This document shows, one piece after another, positions 52,501-64,000 of a DNA stretch of 64,000 bases. The notes under the pieces are model-generated. The model saw only the letters and a program-made list of their open reading frames with translations. It had not been told where the DNA came from and ran no database searches. A program made the position numbers and the translations under genes. Origin of the DNA: Ylistrum balloti (lineage: Eukaryota); NCBI RefSeq assembly GCF_031769215.1, contig NW_026781952.1, positions 124,001 to 188,000 of the forward strand. The letters are read 5' to 3'. Position 1 is the stretch's first letter. Each line of letters begins with the position of its first letter.

Positions 52501-53991
52501 ATATATATCTATATATATATAGAATAGTAATATAGACAGTATGGTCCAATATTGATAGTGGATCTTAACCAACAAATCTTTGAATGTGTATTACTGGGAT
52601 AGATATATGATATGTCTTCTTATGCAAGTTTATATTGTTGACAACCAGCTATAGAAGAAAGAATATACTGTTTAGAAACCTGGAATTGCTCCTCTTCACT
52701 ATATTTTAGTAAGCTTATATTACTTTACAGCTTGAGGATGTTCCCTCTTCAATGTCACATCATCTGATATCAGACCTGAACAGCTGTACTTATTTAAACA
52801 CTGTAAAACCCTTTACAATGTAATATTGATAGATAGTTAGAGTTTATGATTATTCACATACACATGATTCCTGATGAATTAAAATTTTAATTGAAGTCAC
52901 TTATTTCAATATTTATATAAACCACTTGTTGATTTCAGATTAAAGGAAGCCTATGATGAACACCAGAAACTAATGAAAGATTTACATGCTGAGCGCAAAA
53001 AGAGGCCACTTGAGCAGTCAGGTCATTCACAGTCAGTATTCTAATTTTTCACTGAATATCATCCAATCATATTTCATATACATCAACCGTATAGAGAAAA
53101 TATTGACAACAAACATTTGAATCTAAAGGACACACTATGTGAGTATGTATCTGCTAAGAGTGATTTTGAATATATCAAATAAGCTGAAACATTTGTTTCT
53201 TGAGTGATGTATACACAGTCTAATTCCACCTTTATTTTGTAATTCACGTTTCAGTGAAGAGCCAGCAGAGAAGAGAAGTAAGAATGAGACGGTGCAGAAC
53301 GGTGCTGGTGACATGAGCGTGCCACCTCCGGACAGCGGTCACGCAAACTACCCCTATCACTGGGGGGGATATCAGGTATACAGGGGGAGACAACTATGTA
53401 ATTTGTTAGTCTGGGAAGAATTCTTCGTCTCTTCATGTATATAAAATCGGAAAAAATGTAAAATTGTGTTTATCACTTTTAGAAATCTTCAAAACACACA
53501 AAAAAATGTAATGTATGTTATTTCACCTATAACAGATCAGCACGGTTATCAATACATTTATTTTCTAATGATAAGTTTTTGAAATCTGGAAATGATGGAT
53601 TCCATTTTCTTAAATTTACACAATTGAGTTGTACAAAGAAGAAGAGAAGAATATGATTCTGAAAGCACATCTTTGGCTTCAGCTCAATTAACACTGAAAA
53701 CTTAATCTTGTGAAACTACAATTTTGTAAGGGCAGAGAGAGGAAGCTGACATACATGTTGAGTTTATATTGGGTGAAAGACTTAAATTTGATGTTAATAT
53801 AAGCGAGTGCTGCCCCTTGCGATATATTTCAGATTTTAAAAGACTGGAGAGATAGAAGGTAAAACTTTCTTCATGAGAATTCCACTTGAGAATGTTATTT
53901 TGTGTTTCAGAACTCTGGATACAATTACGGCCCTCAGTGGGGAGGACACTATGGTGCTGGTTATCATCATGGATATCACCACCAGTCCTGA
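43531..53991 (+). CDS. PRPF39: Pre-mRNA-processing factor 39 (U1 snRNP-associated HAT-repeat protein); 15 coding exons
   Basis: Exons 43531-43555, 43956-44134, 44944-45069, 46970-47085, 47612-47770, 48224-48416, 48709-48819, 49262-49426, 49627-49753, 50165-50373, 50982-51041, 51391-51575, 52939-53031 (donor uncertain), 53255-53375, 53911-53991 (TGA). Diagnostic motifs [55 protein letters not shown] and [10 protein letters not shown]. Confidence 0.95.
51756..51793 (-). ncRNA. Second hammerhead motif copy in the inverted arm; helix III carries a mismatch
   Basis: The reverse complement reads TGCACCTGAAGATCTAATACAGTGAAAACGCTAGTGCA. GAAAACGCTA replaces GAAAGCGCTA and breaks one helix III pair. 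Confidence 0.6.
52383..52420 (+). ncRNA. Minimal type I hammerhead ribozyme motif (Penelope pLTR type)
   Basis: TGCAC-CTGAAGA-TCTAATACAGT-GAAA-GCGC-TA-GTGCA. Stem I is TGCAC/GTGCA, the core is CUGANGA...GAAA, helix III is the palindromic AGCGCT, and cleavage is predicted after CUA (52415). Confidence 0.75.
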
Positions 53992-56498
53992 CAAACAGCA
54001 CTACAAACATACAGCTAGCCCGACAAGGGCATTCATAACTCTAGTAGTCCATACAAACTTTAGTTACTGAGGGAAAATTTAATGTGAAGAAGAAAATGGA
54101 CTTGGATGATTTAGTGTAATTTGTGGCAAACGGAAAGTGTTAGGAAAGTAATGCTACAAAACTGAAGGTCGTTGAGGTTGTTTAATCATGCAAATGTATG
54201 GAGACGATGCAATATTCCGGTGAACTTCTGAAATTTGTTATCTAGTACTGATTGAAGGGATTAACTTAGAGGATGAATTATTTCAATTCTTTTGTTATGA
54301 TGACAGATAGGAATTTCTACAGAACTCTTGGATTGTACACACTATTTGTGTGGGGTATTATCTTCTATATTGTCGCCCACAGTTGCCAAATTTGTCCTTG
54401 GTTGACAGAGTGCTGTTTACATAAATCAGGTGATTTTTCTTAATATGAACATAGTTATCACCCTTTGTTCATAGTCATTTAACAGTGCCCCTATTTTTTC
54501 ACCAAAAGGAGGAAACAACTGAACTGTAATATCTTTGAATGTTTTGAATTATCACTTACAGTACCACATACTGGCATTGGACTAATGAGTTGCCCTAATC
54601 CTATATACAGAACACCACCAATGTCATCTGACAGTACCTTTTGTAATGAAGAAAAATATTATGTAAGCATTGCTAACAAATCCTAATAATTGCTAATTAA
54701 TCCTTGATCAATTATCTGAATCTGCTCAACATATATCTTTAGGTTATGATTATCACAGATGCATTCTATAGTTGGAAAATCATAATTTCTCACCGTTTCT
54801 TGCATATATATTGCTCAATTGTGCCTAGTTTTGTAAAAACAATGAAGTGGCACAATCAATTTATGTAATAAAGTATTATCAGACATAAGATCATCAAAAT
54901 CAATTTGTGCCATTTAGTTTGCCAATGTAGCTTATTTTTTTATTCTTTTTTTTTTTTCATCTTGCACTTAACATTTGAGACTTTATGTTTACAATACAAA
55001 GGAGTCTTTATGTATTCAGAACAAGATTTCTTTTTGCATCCCCGTCCTAAAATGTTAATGTACAAGACTTGTCTTCACCCATAATTAAACTACAGTCAGA
55101 GGTATTGAATTTTTTTATGCTCTTTACTATCATTTGACTGTTCATGCTACCTTTCATCCATTGTCAGATGTCTTTCCTTTAATATCAAATATATCAATTA
55201 CTCTTGTGGAGTATTGACCTTTTGTAAATACAACTTAAATCAGAAGAAAAATGTTATGTAGAGTAGGTAAAACAATATTATGAGAAATAGACTTTAAATA
55301 CTGCAATGCAATAGATGTTTGATAAAAAATATATCAGCAGCAGTTATATATTGTTTACATCTCACATCAAACAGATATCAACAGATGAAGGTAAAGTATT
55401 AAGTATTTACAAGCTGGGAATGCTTCCAAATCTCATTATCTTCATAGCCATGCTAAACAGTACTTTTTCAAGAAAAGTGTAAGAGATGAAAACTTGGTGA
55501 AAGAAAGACATTCTTAAGTGCAGGGCATCCAACTACAGTATTGATTACGTCCGTAAATATTGATGGCTTAGTTTTATATTGATCCAGGATAATGAATTAC
55601 TGGTCCATGATTAAGATATCTCGTCAGTCTTTAATGAAATTAGTTTTCGTGTGTATGGTTTGGGGATCAGAATTTATAATGTTACGTTGTACAAGTACAA
55701 CAATTTGTTGATGTTACTGAAAGAGTTGGATTTTGATTATTGTACTAAATATTGAATAAATTCAACTAATTTAATGTAATTGTCGAGTTTTCAATATTGC
55801 TCAGCATTTACTGGAAAATCATTTGTTTTTGTTGGTTTGAAAAAAATTATTTTAGCATATACCTGATTTCTTAGACATATAGAGGTTCAATAAATATATT
55901 TGTACCAAGTTCTAATAGTTTGTGGACATGTCAGGGAATCAATGAAAATTAATCGCCCACTGAAATAAATGATTTTACTGTACGGTCGGTTTCTCCACCA
56001 AAGAATCTGAGTAGGCAATACTTCGGCAGTGAACAAGGATTTGAACAACAGAAAAATGCTGACAGAAAATTTTTGCTTTATTATACTTCTATATAACTAA
56101 CTTTATTACACAAACTATTTGGATTACTACTACATGCATCTATCTTGGTTTCCTTAAAAGCAAGTTACTGTAGAATTTTTATTGACAGAAGTTTAAGACA
56201 GTAATGATATAAAATGTGTCTGACTTTATTATCAGAAATACATACAACTAGAACATCAGAGGCGAGAACTTGCAGACAATTTCTTCAAAGTGATATTTTG
56301 ATATTACAAAAATAAAATCAAAAATCTTATCTTCTCGCCAAGAAATTTCATTGACAACTAGTACATCTCACAATGAACCACGTTTTCCTCCTTATTTTTA
56401 AATCTTCTGCAGTAGATGTGACTTTATCATTGGTAAGATCTTCACGGATGGTGTTAGGTAAATCAATCCTTTCACTCAATCTAGTAATGTCCTTTGAT

Positions 56499-59400
56499 TT
56501 AATCATAAATTCCCGATATTGCTACTGAGATGTTTTCTTCATCCCCGTACGGTAGATAAAGGACGTCATACAGAACATCTGTCATTGTCACGGAAACTGA
56601 AACAGAGAAAATATAAGTACACAAGGTTCATAAGACCAGAAGATAGACTAATTATTTGGACTTTACCTAGAAATCATTCAATAGAAGAGAGCTCTAGACT
56701 TAACAGCATGATCCCTACAAATCTCATATCATGACACAATGCCAGTCTGATAATCATTTTGTGAATTTGTTTTGATATTTACGTACTATATTGAACCAGC
56801 AATATCCTGTAGTCAATCTATTTATATGTCTCTCTTAGTTTTGTAAACTAATAACTTGGCATTGTTCCACTTGCTGCATTTGTATTGGAGAAAAAAATCT
56901 AAGACTCAAGGTCTTATTCCAGAGTAATCAAGGAATTTGTAAAACCTCTATGGGCCTGACCTTTTGAAGTTTCATTAAATTTTGTACACATACGTATCTG
57001 TCCCTCGGCGACAACTGCTGTTAGTGATTTACACTGCGTCTCACACAACTTGTCAGGTACGATGTGTACCTCCACTTCACCCTTCAGTTGGATCAGAATC
57101 AGTAGCTGCTTGTGGATAGGTATCTGTTAAGGAAGGTCAAAGGTCATGATATATTCATAGGTACATAGTGTAGAACACTTGACACTCCTCATTGAGACAT
57201 TGTATAGTAATAGGACGAATGAAGGAGACAACATCCTGTACCCAACCAACAAACCAAGGTGTAACAGGCCCGATCACAAAGGTCTGCACCATACAATGTA
57301 CATGTATACAACAAACCAAGGTATAACAGGCCTGATCACAAAGGTCAGCACCAGACAATGTACATGTTTACAACAAACCACAGTATAACAGGCCTGATCA
57401 CAAAGGTCTGCACCAGACAATGTACATGTTTACAACAAACCAAGGTATAACAGGCCTGATCACAAAGGTCTGCACCAGACAATGTACATGTTTACAACAA
57501 ACCAAGGTATAACAGGCCTGATCACAAAGGTCTGCACCAGACAATGTACATGTTTACAACAAACCACAGTATAACAGGTCTGATCACAAAGGTCTGCACC
57601 GGACAATGTACAAGTTTACAACAAACCAAGGTATAACAGGCCTGATCACTCTGCACCAGACAATGTACATGTTTACAACAAACCAAGTTATAACAGGCCT
57701 GATCACAAAGGTCTGCACCAGACAATGTACATGTTTACAACAAACCAAGGTATAACAGGCCTGATCACTCTGCACCAGACAATGTACATGTTTACAACAA
57801 ACCAAGGTATAACAGGCCTGATCACAAAGGTTTGCACCAGACAATGTACATGTTTACAACAAACCAAGGTATAACAGGCCTGATCACAAAGGTCTGCACC
57901 AGACAATGTACATGTTTACAACAAACCAAGGTATAACAGGCCTGATCACTCTGCACCAGACAATGTACATGTTTACAACAAACCACAGTATAACAGGTCT
58001 GATCACTCTGCACCAGACAATGTACATGTTTACAACAAACCAAGGTATAACAGGCCTGATCACTCTGCACCAGACAATGTACATGTTTACAACAAACCAA
58101 GGTATAACAGGCCTGATCACAAAGGTCTGCACCAGACAATGTACATGTTTACAACAAACCAAGGTATAACAGGCCTGATCACTCTGCACCAGACAATGTA
58201 CATGTTTACAACAAACCAAGGTATAACAGGCCTGATCACAAAGGTCTGCACCAGACAATGTACATGTTTACAACAAACCAAGGTATAACAGGCCTGATCA
58301 CTCTGCACCAGACAATGTACATGTTTACAACAAACCAAGTTATAACAGGCCTGATCACTCTGCACCAGACAATGTACATGTTTACAACAAACCAAGGTAT
58401 AACAGGCCTGATCACAAAGGTCTGCACCAGACAATGTACATGTTTACAACAAACCAAGGTATAACAGGCCTGATCACTCTGCACCAGACAATGTACATGT
58501 TTACAACAAACCAAGGTATAACAGGCCTGATCACAAAGGTCTGCACCAGACAATGTACATGTTTACAACAAACCAAGGTATAACAGGCCTGATCACAAAG
58601 GTCTGCACCAGACAATGTACATGTTTACAACAAACCAAGGTATAACAGGCCTGATCACTCTGCACCAGACAATGTACATGTTTACAACAAACCACAGTAT
58701 AACAGGTCTGATCACTCTGCACCAGACAATGTACATGTTTACAACAAACCACAGTATAACAGGCCTGATCACTCTGCACCAGACAATGTACATGTTTACA
58801 ACAAACCAAGGTATAACAGGCCTGATCACAAAGGTCTGCACCAGACAATGTACATGTTTACAACAAACCAAGGTATAACAGGCCTGATCACTCTGCACCA
58901 GACAATGTACATGTTTACAACAAACCAAGGTATAACAGGCCTGATCACAAAGGTCTGCAACAGACAATGTACATGTTTACAACAAACCAAGGTATAACAG
59001 GCCTGATCACAAAGGTCTGCACCAGACAATGTACATGTTTACAACAAACCAAGGTATAACAGGCCTGATCACTCTGCACCAGACAATGTACATGTTTACA
59101 ACAAACCAAGGTATAACAGGCCTGATCACTCTGCACCAGACAATGTACATGTTTACAACAAACCAAGGTATAACAGGTCTGCACTAGACAATGTACATGT
59201 TTACAACAAACCACAGTATAACAGGTCTGATCACTCTGCACCAGACAATGTACATGTTTACAACAAACCACAGTATAACAGGTCTGATCACTCTGCACCA
59301 GACAATGTACATGTTTACAACAAACCACAGTATAACAGGTCTGATCACTCTGCACCAGACAATGTACATGTTTACAACAAACCAAGGTATAACAGGCCTG

Positions 59401-62400
59401 ATCACTCTGCACCAGACAATGTACATGTTTACAACAAACCACAGTATAACAGGTCTGATCACTCTGCACCAGACAATGTACATGTTTACAACAAACCAAG
59501 GTATAACAGGCCTGATCACTCTGCACCAGACAATGTACATGTTTACAACAAACCAAGGTATAACAGGTCTGCACTAGACAATGTACATGTTTACAACAAA
59601 CCACAGTATAACAGGTCTGCACTAGACAATGTACATGTTTACAACAAACCAAGTTATAACAGGCCTGATCACAAAGGTCTGCACCAGACAATGTACATGT
59701 TTACAACAAACCAAGGTATAACAGGCCTGATCACTCTGCACCAGACAATGTACATGTTTACAACAAACCAAGTTATAACAGGCCTGATCACAAAGGTCTG
59801 CACCAGACAATGTACATGTTTACAACAAACCAAGGTATAACAGGCCTGATCACTCTGCACCAGACAATGTACATGTTTACAACAAACCAAGGTATAACAG
59901 GCCTGATCACAAAGGTCTGCACCAGACAATGTACATGTTTACAACAAACCACAGTATAACAGGTCTGATCACAAAGGTCTGCACCAGACAATGTACATGT
60001 TTACAACAAACCAAGGTATAACAGGCCTGATCACAAAGGTCTGCACCAGACAATGTACATGTTTACAACCAATTTTGAGAAGGACAGAATATAGTTAAAA
60101 TAAAACCTAAAATTACATGATAGATGATTTACAAATCACCTGAAGATAAGTACAAAAGTTTACTTGCATTTTCTGGAATACAAGTCTATGATCAGACATG
60201 TTTCAAAAACAGGCCCAAAGAATCTAATCTTAATTAAATACAGTTTTCCAGACTGCTCAGAGCACAGAAGCTCATTTCTATTGATAAGTTTTATATAATA
60301 TTCCAGGCCAGCATCAGAGATAATCTACTACAGAAATGAGGCCCTGTCTTTTACCATTTATCTAACATGCATTAGTCAAACCTCCATTAATTCATAACTC
60401 ATACATATCTCTATATTAGATTCTTAATAATATCTCAATTAGTTCCTTAAAATCTCCATTAGTCTCTTAACAATATCACTGTAAGGCTTAGGCTTATTAC
60501 TGGATAAATACAGTAATTGATTTTCTATTCTGGACGATGATTCTGGCATAAAATATTTAGAGATTACTATATGACAATTTTGATATCACATCCCCTTCCA
60601 GCTCGAAAGTCCTGATATCAGTCAAGGGCTTTTTATATTTTTTTTCTCTTGAACTCATTCAACTCAAAAATTCTTGCTGCAAATTCTTTTGAAATTGTTG
60701 TTTACATTTACAGATGACAGCTGTAGTTTTATCACCAATAGAGGAAACCAATCTGGAAATGGCACTGTGCGGAAATTTGAGTGGGATTAATTTTTCCTAA
60801 GAAAAAAAGAATGCATTATTTCCTCCATGCCTACAATATTTATGTTCAAATCAGGCAGTGATAAGAGGAAGCAGCAAAATATGAAAAATCTGAAAGGGTG
60901 AGTGGCATCACTTTCTAAGGGAGAGTGGCATCACTTTCTAAGGGAGAGTGGCATCACTTTCTAAGGGGGTGTGTTATCACTTTAGGGGATGTGTTATCAC
61001 TTTAGGGGGTGTGTTATCACTTCAGGGGATGTGTTATCACTTTAGGGGGTGTGTTATCACTTTAGGGGATGTGTTATCACTTCAGGGGATGTGTTATCAC
61101 TTTAGGGGGTGTGTTATCACTTTAGGAGATGTGTTATCACTTTAGGGGGTGAGTTATCACTTCAGGGGGTGTGTTATCACATTAGGGTGTGTGTTATCAC
61201 TTCAGGGGTTTTGATATCACTTCAGGGGGTGTGTTATCACTTTCAAGGGGGTGTATTATCACTTTGGGGGGGTGTGTCAACACTTTCAAGGGGGTGAGAT
61301 ATTACTTCAGGGGTTTTGATATCACCTAGGCTGATATCAACTTGTGGAAATTTCAGACTTATCACGCATACGAAAATGGTGTCATCAGTAGTAAACATAG
61401 TATAAATACCAGTACTGGTTGAGCCTCTGATTTTGGTTTCCCACGGGACATCAACAGCCAGTTACTTGTATCAACTTCTACCATCTGAGGCATAAAGTAC
61501 GGTCGACGGTAGAACTCTGATCGGAACATCTTTCCTGCTTTCGGCTGACAATTCTCCCTACAAAACATGCAGATCTATCAGTTGATCACCCTCCCTTCAA
61601 AATGTTAATAATACTTAATATTCTATCAGCAGATGAAAGTGTTCGAGGGATCTTACTCTGGAAGGAAAACAAGGTCGGCCAGTGACCCCAATACCGTTCA
61701 TGCCTGCTTGGGGAATCAAACCCCAGACATCTAGGTAAAAGCCAAGCGTGTTACTACTGCACCACCAAATAACCTGTTCAATATTCCACCAGTTGTTAAC
61801 CTCCCTTCAACAAATGTAAATTTTGCCACACTGCACCACCAAATAACCTGTTCAATATTCCACCAGTTGTCAACCTCCCTTCAACAAATGTAAATGTTCC
61901 TTTCAGCAAGTGATCATATCTCATGTGTAATGTTGATACTCACTTTTTCTCTTGGTCACACACTAACATATGTTTATTTGATGCCACTTCAGCATTCAGA
62001 ATGTGGAGAAGCCAAGTGGTGTTTCCCTTGGTGAATATGGTGTACAGATATTTAACAGGAACATGTCTGATGAGAGCCTAATGAGAACAATCTACAATTA
62101 TCTACACTTCACCACTAAAAGCAATGGGTTCCACAATGTAAAATTTCAATATTTCCAGAAGTTCTAGGAGTCCCATCCTAGTTCTATGTATACAGGACTC
62201 TGGACTTGTATGTAGATCTATCTTGGAGACGATAAGTACTAGGAACAGTGTTAGATGTGTGGTTCATATGTTTTGAAAGTTTTAGAAAAATATTTCACCA
62301 TTACAGAAGTATAACTAAAGCTTGGCATGCTAGAAAATCCTAGGACATAAAAAACTCTGCAGATCAATGAATGTTTATGTTCTATTTTCCTTCCTATCAG

Positions 62401-62596
62401 ATGTAAGAAATGGAAATTAAATGACAGAAAATCTGTGATATAGCCAGCACACTCACCACTGCAGAAAGAATTTCTGGTTTCTCATCTCGTCGAGCACTTT
62501 TCTGTGGATAGGATGATATTTGTCTTTCTTGACTGTGATACTGCTCGTCATGTTACACACAGAGTGTTGAGCCATAACCTTGTTCTCTTCATACAG
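56499..62596 (-). CDS. Uncharacterised JmjC/cupin-like protein, 3' portion; upstream exons lie beyond the window
   Basis: Phase-consistent minus-strand exons 62596-62457, 61557-61410, 57123-56994, 56596-56499 (TAA) read LYEENK...FFLQW-ENCQPKAGKMFRSEFYRRPYFMPQMVEVDTSNWLLMSRGKPKSEAQPVL-IPIHKQLLILIQLKGEVEVHIVPDKLCETQCKSLTAVVAEGQI-LSVTMTDVLYDVLYLPYGDEENISVAISGIYD*. The W-x-NC...YxRPYFxP...NW...Q-x-x-G...C-x-x-x-C pattern recalls an invertebrate cupin-like family. The gene model is firm; the family call is less so. Confidence 0.7.
57230..60070. repeat. Minisatellite with 62-, 57- and 48-bp unit variants (core TGCACCAGACAATGTACATGTTTACAACAAACC), in an intron of the minus-strand gene
   Basis: The period is 62 at 57361/57423. 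The 57-bp variant lacks AAAGG, and 48-bp variants lie near 59160 and 59550-59620. Confidence 0.97.
60897..61325. repeat. 20-bp tandem repeat GTGTTATCACTTTAGGGG(G/A)T, degenerate at both ends
   Basis: Direct periodicity is visible across 60970-61200. Confidence 0.92.
61660..61766 (-). mobile_element. tRNA-derived SINE head fragment
   Basis: The minus strand reads GGTGGTGCAGTAGTAACACGCTTGGCTTTTACC...GGGTTTGATTCCCC, a tRNA-like A box/B box layout without an intact cloverleaf. Confidence 0.5.
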
Positions 62597-63427
62597 CTAC
62601 AAACAGAACACATCTCTCATTAAAGTTTTGAAAAATGCTTTGCTGTGGTGAAGGTTCTTGCAAACTGGAATGTATTGTAAGGTATTGTAGAGAAGTGGAA
62701 ATTACAATAGTATTTTACATATCACTGGTTGTCTTAATAATCATAAACGTGGTCTTTCTGTCTTGCTCACAAACAATGGGCAAGAATCTGGTTCCTGGAT
62801 AGAAGTGATTGATTTGGAGTCCTGGAGTAGATGTCTTACTGAAATATCCCTTATTCTTATATTATGTTATTTTTTAATTGTTGATTATTTCATGTACTTA
62901 TTCAAATGAATACTTTTTCAAACATTCTGGTGATGTTGTAATACTGAAAGAAAATCAATTTCTTTGTTTAAAATAAATTGGAATATGTTACATCTATGAT
63001 ATATTAAGTATTTAGTTCTCAAAAAAAAAAAGCTCTGTTTTTCTCAAAGTTTACATATAAATACTGAACTGTCATTGAAAAAAACAACATAATTTGTTAA
63101 TCCTAAGGAAATCATTGTTCATATGTAATCACCCTGCAAACTATAAGGTATCCATACCTAGATGACAAATCCAATACACCACTACAAAGATGAAGCAAGG
63201 TGTTGCCCCCCCACCCACCCACCCCCTCCCCTCCCCACTTTTCTGGATTGTTCTTAGGTAACTTGAGCCCCTGCATCTATCCAGATCTGCTATACACAGA
63301 GTCCTACATTAAGATCACTTATGCTGCACCTCAACCATGTCTACCACCACCAATATAGTATGTATTACAAGCTTTTTCTTCAACAAGTGTCAACAAAAAC
63401 ATCACACAATTAACGCACAGTCCGCTA

Positions 63428-64000
63428 CTTCAGATCAGTCAGACGCCTACAATTCAGTTTTAATGATACACATACCTGTACCCAGTTCCACACTTCAGAT
63501 CAGTCAGACGCCTACAGATTCAGTTTTAATGATACACATACCTGTACCCAGTTCCACACTTCAGATCAGCCAGACGCCTACAGATTCAGTTTTAATGATA
63601 CACATACCTGCACCCAGTTCCACAATTCAGATCAGTCAGATGCCTACAGATTCAGTTTTAATGATACACATACCTGTACCCAGTTCCACAATTCAGATCA
63701 GTCAGACGCCTACAGATTCAGTTTTAATGATACACATACCTGTACCCAGTTCCACAATTCAGATCAGTCAGACGCCCACAGATTCAGTTTTAATGATACA
63801 CATACCTGTACCCAGTTCCACAATTCAGATCAGTCAGACGCCTACAGATTCAGTTTTAATGATACACATACCTGTACCCAGTTCCACAATTCAGATCAGT
63901 CAGACGCCTACAGATTCAGTTTTAATGATACACATACCTGTACCCAGTTCCACAATTCAGATCAGTCAGACACCTACAGATTCAGTTTTAATGATACACA
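63428..64000. repeat. 66-bp tandem repeat running off the window end
   Basis: ATGATACACATACCTG occurs at 63661, 63727 and onward. Confidence 0.95.

Noticed and set aside
43531-53991. Minor (U12) introns in PRPF39 or the other genes
   Set aside because: No inferred donor matches RTATCCTT; all modelled introns are ordinary GT-AG.
56519-56734. Plus-strand 71-aa ORF
   Set aside because: It overlaps the last exon of the minus-strand gene in antisense and has no recognisable motif or splice support.
57155-59991. Many Cys-rich minus-strand ORFs (CCKHVHC repeats)
   Set aside because: They are products of the intronic 62/57/48-bp minisatellite; the flanking real exons join in phase without them.
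57230-60070. CRISPR-like appearance of regular repeats here and in other arrays
   Set aside because: There are no unique spacers and no cas genes, and the context is eukaryotic and intronic.
60897-61325. TTTAGGG-containing repeat as interstitial telomere (also GGTTAGGG in the 68-bp array)
   Set aside because: The motif is embedded in longer 20- or 68-bp units, not in tandem (TTAGGG)n.

Overview
AT-rich, intron-containing animal DNA, probably a bivalve mollusc. That assignment is inferred from the minisatellite-rich introns, V-type tRNA-SINEs, HINE-like repeats and a Penelope fragment. Six spliced protein-coding genes alternate strictly in orientation: TARBP1 (+, 3' part), DMAC2/ATP5SL (-), DMAC2L/ATP5S factor B (+), TMEM179 (-), PRPF39 (+) and the 3' part of a degenerate JmjC/cupin-like gene (-). 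Exons were assembled by hand from GT-AG sites with phase checks, and family names rest on recalled motifs, not a database search. Main observations: (1) the paralogues DMAC2 and DMAC2L lie head-to-head 236 bp apart with identical intron positions and phases; (2) a complete 2.9-kb non-autonomous Gypsy-type LTR element (near-identical LTRs, 4-bp TSD, tRNA-Ala PBS, PPT) keeps only one 254-aa ORF, an integrase C-tail plus chromodomain; (3) a Penelope GIY-YIG fragment sits between 111-bp inverted repeats that each carry a minimal hammerhead ribozyme motif; (4) three minisatellites are built from real splice acceptors, giving arrays of decoy 3' splice sites. Most long ORFs in the supplied track come from tandem repeats and are not genes.
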